DNA of 62,987 nucleotides, filler included, from Folioceros fuciformis (Eukaryota): NCBI GenBank assembly GCA_049999805.1. It is 6 parts of 6 records of this genome, joined end to end, with 100 filler letters (N's around TTAATTAATTAA, not from the genome) between each part and the next. Parts side by side here need not be neighbours in the genome. Positions count along the whole stretch, not along the records: positions 48,784 to 62,987 come from JBNGIO010006110.1; 5 more parts are not named here. One strand, 5' to 3'. Shown piece by piece: positions 59,501 to 62,987 of this stretch (position 1 is its first letter; each line of letters starts with the position of its first letter). The notes under the pieces were generated by a model. It saw only the letters and a program-made list of their open reading frames with translations, ran no database searches and was not told where the DNA came from. The position numbers and the translations under genes were made by a program.

Positions 59501-59571
59501 CCTCGTGGGATCCCTGTACACACCCGAATTTGTTGGGTCCACAAAGGATCTGTTTGCAGCACTGTGGCCAT
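56551..59571 (-). CDS. PLS-class PPR-E-DYW:KP (GRP-type) protein, a candidate organellar U-to-C RNA editing factor, with an N-terminal OSB-like PDF motif (1006 aa, intronless)
   Basis: PLS triplets, P2-L2-S2, E1, E2, KKPAVATIEV box, HAEKLA...CSDCH zinc site, and C-terminus GCCSCKGRP. N-terminal WWDNRRDKQSSRSPDFRRKGSGEVLWL. Confidence 0.95.
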   Translation of the reverse strand: MATVLQTDPLWTQQIRVCTGIPRGPLPHLTSGSEPLANQAARCSSVRSPALPFRKECVGGDVFSSDGLGREQEHLWQQFFLEPTMWWDNRRDKQSSRSPDFRRKGSGEVLWLNNVFKPSWVDEQLISLDMHIGQGASPSRLRSPDDAETGRRAGSGMGMGMGMGVVTADTVSMLCHQGKLSESVAALESLAQTGSAISQSLLYTVLKLCTAKRDLVMGRRVHDVVVKLGCDSSAYLGNHILRMYARGGRLEEAMDVFTKVGKPDAFMWFSIISAYAKHGRPNEAVQLYHEMRRSGVKANAHVFVAALQACALAADLVSGRKVHSDVLLSGIPTNLFVSNCLVDMYAKCGELEDARQVFDKMGTKDVVTWNALLSGYARCGELEAARQIFESMCTKDVVTWTALIAGYAQQGLGQEALVLYEQMEQEGLVLANHVTLACLLKVCASTGALQKGRQLHSQIVERGLLDNVVLGTCLVDMYAKCCELEEAHQIFDSMNSKDVVTWNALIGGYAQQGLCQKALVVYGQMEVAGLILANQVTFACLLKACASTGALEKGRQLHSQIVERGMLDDVLVGTSLVDMYAKCGELEDARQVFYGLATKNVVTWTALIAGHAQNGHCQEALGLYGQMEEAGLTLADDATLACLLKACGSTGALKMGRQLHLHMVERGLMDNVVLGTCLVDMYAKCGELEDARQTFDSMNARDVVTWTALISGYGTCDEGHKALVCFEEMLAAGIQPIDATFTCLLAACSHEGLVHEGRKHFDSMAEQHGIKPTIEHYNCMIDLLGRAGYLDEAEKMLSSCEDQNNVVGLTSLLNACKNHGDLERAMICFESIVRLDPQEAAAYVLMANAYADAGRWADVDRTEARRRAAGANKKPAVATIEVDRNVHSFMVGETRDDIALKVEGMNARVKQEGGHVPVTRLVLKPVCEQEKEDALCGHAEKLALAFGLLSTPSGTPLMVTKNLRMCSDCHSSTEIMSRLEKRDIVVRDGYRVHRFAAGCCSCKGRP

Positions 59572-60139
59572 CCTTCAGGGGCTGCTGTCGGCAGATTATC
59601 CAACAGCAGCCTGACAAGAACGCGCACCATATGGGCGGGATGTGACCGAGTTCGATCGCTTTGAATGCGCGCATCATCTTCAACTCAAGTACGTCTACAC
59701 AGAATTTAAAATGAGATCTGAATGGAAATATTGAAATGCTGTCAGGCCAGAACTAAGGTGGGCGAGCCCACGAACTCGTCAAACCCATACCTTCACCTTC
59801 ACCGGTTAGACATACATATGTACATGAAATCGGTGTGGAAGTAGGACAGCAGACCTATAGCCAAGAAAGCGACTCACAGTCCAGTTCAATGAGCGCCATC
59901 TCCTTTTTTCCATAAAGTCTTCAGTTTCGCGTTCAGTGAGCGCCTAGCTATGGAATACGTCAATACCAGTGTGTGCGCAAGTCACTGTGGTTTAGCCTTC
60001 CAAGACCATGGCATACCACTGAATTGCGCTGCGATGTTAGTGGCAGGAGCAGTTCCCAGCTCTAGCATTGTGTTGCTGAATGCGAGCAGGTAGGCGGGAC
60101 GTGAAATTTCAGAGTTAGGCGGCAATCTTTGCTGCTATT

Positions 60140-60430
60140 CCTCTACGTTAGATTTCAGTCTTAGGCTTCAGTCTTTGTTTGTTGTTCTCCTCTCTGTTGA
60201 TTCCCGTCTCAGGNNNNNNNNNNTTCAGTCTTTGTTTGTTGTTCTCCTCTCTGTTGATTCCCGTCTCAGGCTTCTGACTTCGTTGCCAGTCGTCTCTGTG
60301 GAATTTAAGTCTTAGACTTCTGGCTTTGTCTCTAAGTTCTCTGTGAGATTTGCCTTAGGCTTCTGGCTTTGTCACCACTGCTTTCTGTGAGATTTCAGTC
60401 TAAGGCTTCTGACTTTGTTGTTACTTCTCT
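60140..60430. repeat. Diverged tandem repeat of about 46 bp (GATTTCAGTCTTAGGCTTCTGACTTTG-like)
   Basis: Recurrent GATTTCAGTCT(T/A)AGGCTTC motif, with a duplication flanking a small N gap. Confidence 0.7.
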
Positions 60431-60976
60431 CGATCGGCCTTGACAATCGTGAAGTCTGCCTGCACTCACAAGCCTCTGAGACTGGCCACTCCTTGCGTCC
60501 TTGCTGGAGTACTGTCCTTTGCTACTGTAGTTAAGGGCTAGTCGGTGTGTCTCGGAGCACCAAGCGGTGCATCAGGAGTTGAATATTGATGCGCTTGCTC
60601 TCTAGTATCACATACGCAGGAGGCCTTTGTTTCTGGTATCACGTACGCTGGAGGCTTATTTCCTGAGGCAAGAAAGCGATACATCGACGCCTTTGAGGCG
60701 CGACAACGGGCCCGACTCCACCGAATCTGTGCCGACTACCAGGCCTGGAACCCTCACCCTTGATCTCCTGGCCCAGCCAGATGGCAAGCGAGTGCACAGC
60801 GAGACCGCAAGGCAGTGCAGACAAATGGAGACCGCTCGTGAAGTTCTCTCCGAACCGCTCCGTTCTGTTTCTTTCCCTTACCATGGTGAGCGGTGCCTGG
60901 ATAAGGGTCCGCTATTCATGTCTCAAGCTTGAACAGAAATGGAGGTAAGTTAGGACAATCGCCGGAGGACATTCCA

Positions 60977-62987
60977 TCACGGCCGACCCTTGCACTGCAA
61001 CAACCGGCAGTGAATTGATGCACACGGTACCCATCCCTTACGACAATGTCCTTCCGTTCAAGCCGCGATATGATCTCCGTGGAACTGTGGCAGTCACTGC
61101 ACATACGTAGATTCTTTGTTACCATCAGTGGTGTCCCACTCGGAGTGTTCAAGAGTCCAAACGCCAGAGCTAACTTCTCAGCATGCCCACAGAGTGCATC
61201 ATCCTTTTCCTTCTCACACACTGGCTTAAACACCAACTTCGTGTGAGGTACATGGCCTCCTTCCAGTTTCAGACGTGCATTCAAGGTCTCCACCTTGAGC
61301 GCAAGATCATCTCTGGTTTCACCAACCACAAACGTATGTACATGTTTCTCCACCTCAACGGTAGCCACTGCAGGTCTCTTGTTAGCTCCTGCTGCCCTTC
61401 TCTGTGTTTCAATCCTGTCTACGTCGGTCCACCTACCTGCATCTGCGTAGGCACTGGCCATGAGCACGTAGGCGGGTGCGTCCTGGGGGTCCAGCCTAAC
61501 AACGCTTTCAAAACACCAAATCGCCCTCCCTATATCCCCGTGAGTCTTGCACGCAGTCAGCAGAGACGTCAAGCCCACAACATCGGTGTGGCCCTCGCAT
61601 GATAACAGCATCTTCTCTGCCTCATCTAAACGGCCAGCACGCCCAAGAAGATCAACCATGCAGGTGTAATGCTCAATTGTAGGTATGATGCCATGCTGTT
61701 CGGTCATGGAAGAAAAGAGCTTGCGACCCTCATTGACCAGTCCCTCATGACTGCAGGCCACTAAAAGGCAAGTAAAAGTAGCACCATCCGGCCGAATCCC
61801 AGCAACTAACATATCCTCAAAACAAGCTAGTGCCTTCTGGCCATCATCACAAGCACCATACCCATATATCATGGCCGTCCAAGTCACCACATCCTTCGAG
61901 GCCATACAGTCAAAAACTTGGCGTGCGGCTTCCAGTTCACCACACTGTGCATACATATCCACCAGGCAGGACCCCAACACTGCGTTACCCAGCAGTCCTC
62001 TTTCCACAATCTGTGAGTGCAGCTGCCTGCCCTTCTGCAAGGCCCCAGAGCTTGCACAGGCCTTCAGTAGGCAAGCAAAAGTAACATGGTTAGCCAAAAT
62101 GAGGCCCGCCTCCTCCATTTGCTCGTATACAACAAGTGCCTCTTGACCGAGTCCTTGCTGTGCATAGCCAGCAATCAGGGCGGTCCAAGTCACCACATCC
62201 TTAGTGGGCAAGCTGTCAAAAGCCTGGCGTGCATCTTCCAGTTCGCCACATTTGGCGTACATGTCCACCAGGCAGTTGCCCACCAGTACGTCATCCAGCA
62301 GTCCTCTTTCCACAATCTGTGACTGCAGCTCCCTGCCTTTCTGCAATGCACCAGTGCTTCCACAGGCCTTCAAAAGACAAGCAAAAGTATAATGGTTAGC
62401 CAAAATGAGGCCCTCTTGCTCCATTTGTTCATACACATCAAGCGCCTCTTGGCCGAGCCCTTGCTGTGCATACCCAGCAATCAGTGCCGTCCATGTCACC
62501 ACATCCTTCGTGGCCATGCCGTCAAACACTTGGCGTGCATCTTCCAGTTCACCGCATTTCACATGCCCGGATATCAGGGCATTCCATGTCACCATATCCT
62601 TGTCCCCATGTTGTCAAAAACCTGGCGAGCATCTTCCAGTTCGCCACATTTTGCATACATGTCTACTAGGCAGTTGCCAACAAACAAGTTAGTAGGAATA
62701 CCACTGCGCAAAACATCAAAGTGCACTTTCCTGCCAGATTCCAAGTCCGCGGCCAATGCACAAGCCTGAAGGGCAGCTACAAAGACGTGGCCATTCGCCT
62801 TCACTCCCGACCTACGCATCTCATGGTACAATTGTATGGCCCCATTAGGTTTCCCATGCTTAGCATCTGCAGAAATTACGGAAAACCACATGAAGGCATC
62901 TGGTTTCCCCACCTTGGTGAACACGTCCATGGCCTCCTCCAGCCTACCTCCACGTGCATACATGCGCAAGATATGGTTCCCCAAGTA
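60977..62987 (-). pseudogene. Second tandem PPR-E-DYW:KP (GRP-type) gene with two 1-nt frameshifts. The 5' end lies beyond the window
   Basis: Near-identical to 56551-59571 in the N-terminal repeats. Frameshifts at about 62597 (GTKDVV region) and about 60995 (GCCS-CKGRP*, ancestral TGA at 60977-60979). KRPAVATVEV, HAEKLA and CSDCH are retained. Confidence 0.85.

Noticed and set aside
60627-60932. Possible TIR-domain remnant (NGPD...CLDK)
   Set aside because: Only two short partial motifs, which is not supportable by eye.

Overview
Eukaryotic land-plant nuclear DNA. It is most consistent with a hornwort (Anthoceros-like) or another non-seed plant, given compact GT-AG intron genes and PLS-PPR genes carrying the DYW:KP 'GRP' deaminase variant. 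The window is not one locus: five artificial 100-nt linkers (N44-TTAATTAATTAA-N44) join six separate scaffolds (about 1-11999, 12100-17053, 17154-20958, 21059-25235, 25336-48683, 48784-62987). Host genes: a conserved small plant protein, a SEC14/SFH gene (partial), a SIAMESE-related CDK inhibitor, a multi-domain SF1 helicase, a small His/Cys-rich protein, a P-type PPR, a DUF427 protein, folylpolyglutamate synthase, a GPI-anchored AGP-like tail, an ethylene receptor plus a partial pseudogene copy, an F-box/kelch gene, and two tandem PPR-E-DYW:KP genes (one frameshifted) plus a decayed relative. Mobile elements: CRE-like RLE non-LTR retrotransposons, Ty3/gypsy and Ty1/copia (Bianca-like) elements, and a TIR-bounded MULE/SWIM transposon. 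The two strongest candidates for undescribed biology are (1) a helicase gene reading SIM-UIM-ParB/Srx-like-DUF6469-Upf1-like helicase-RelE-like domain, which resembles a toxin-coupled immune helicase, and (2) putative U-to-C editing PPR-DYW:KP proteins with an N-terminal OSB-type ssDNA-binding PDF motif. All calls come from manual reading and recalled motifs; no database search was run.
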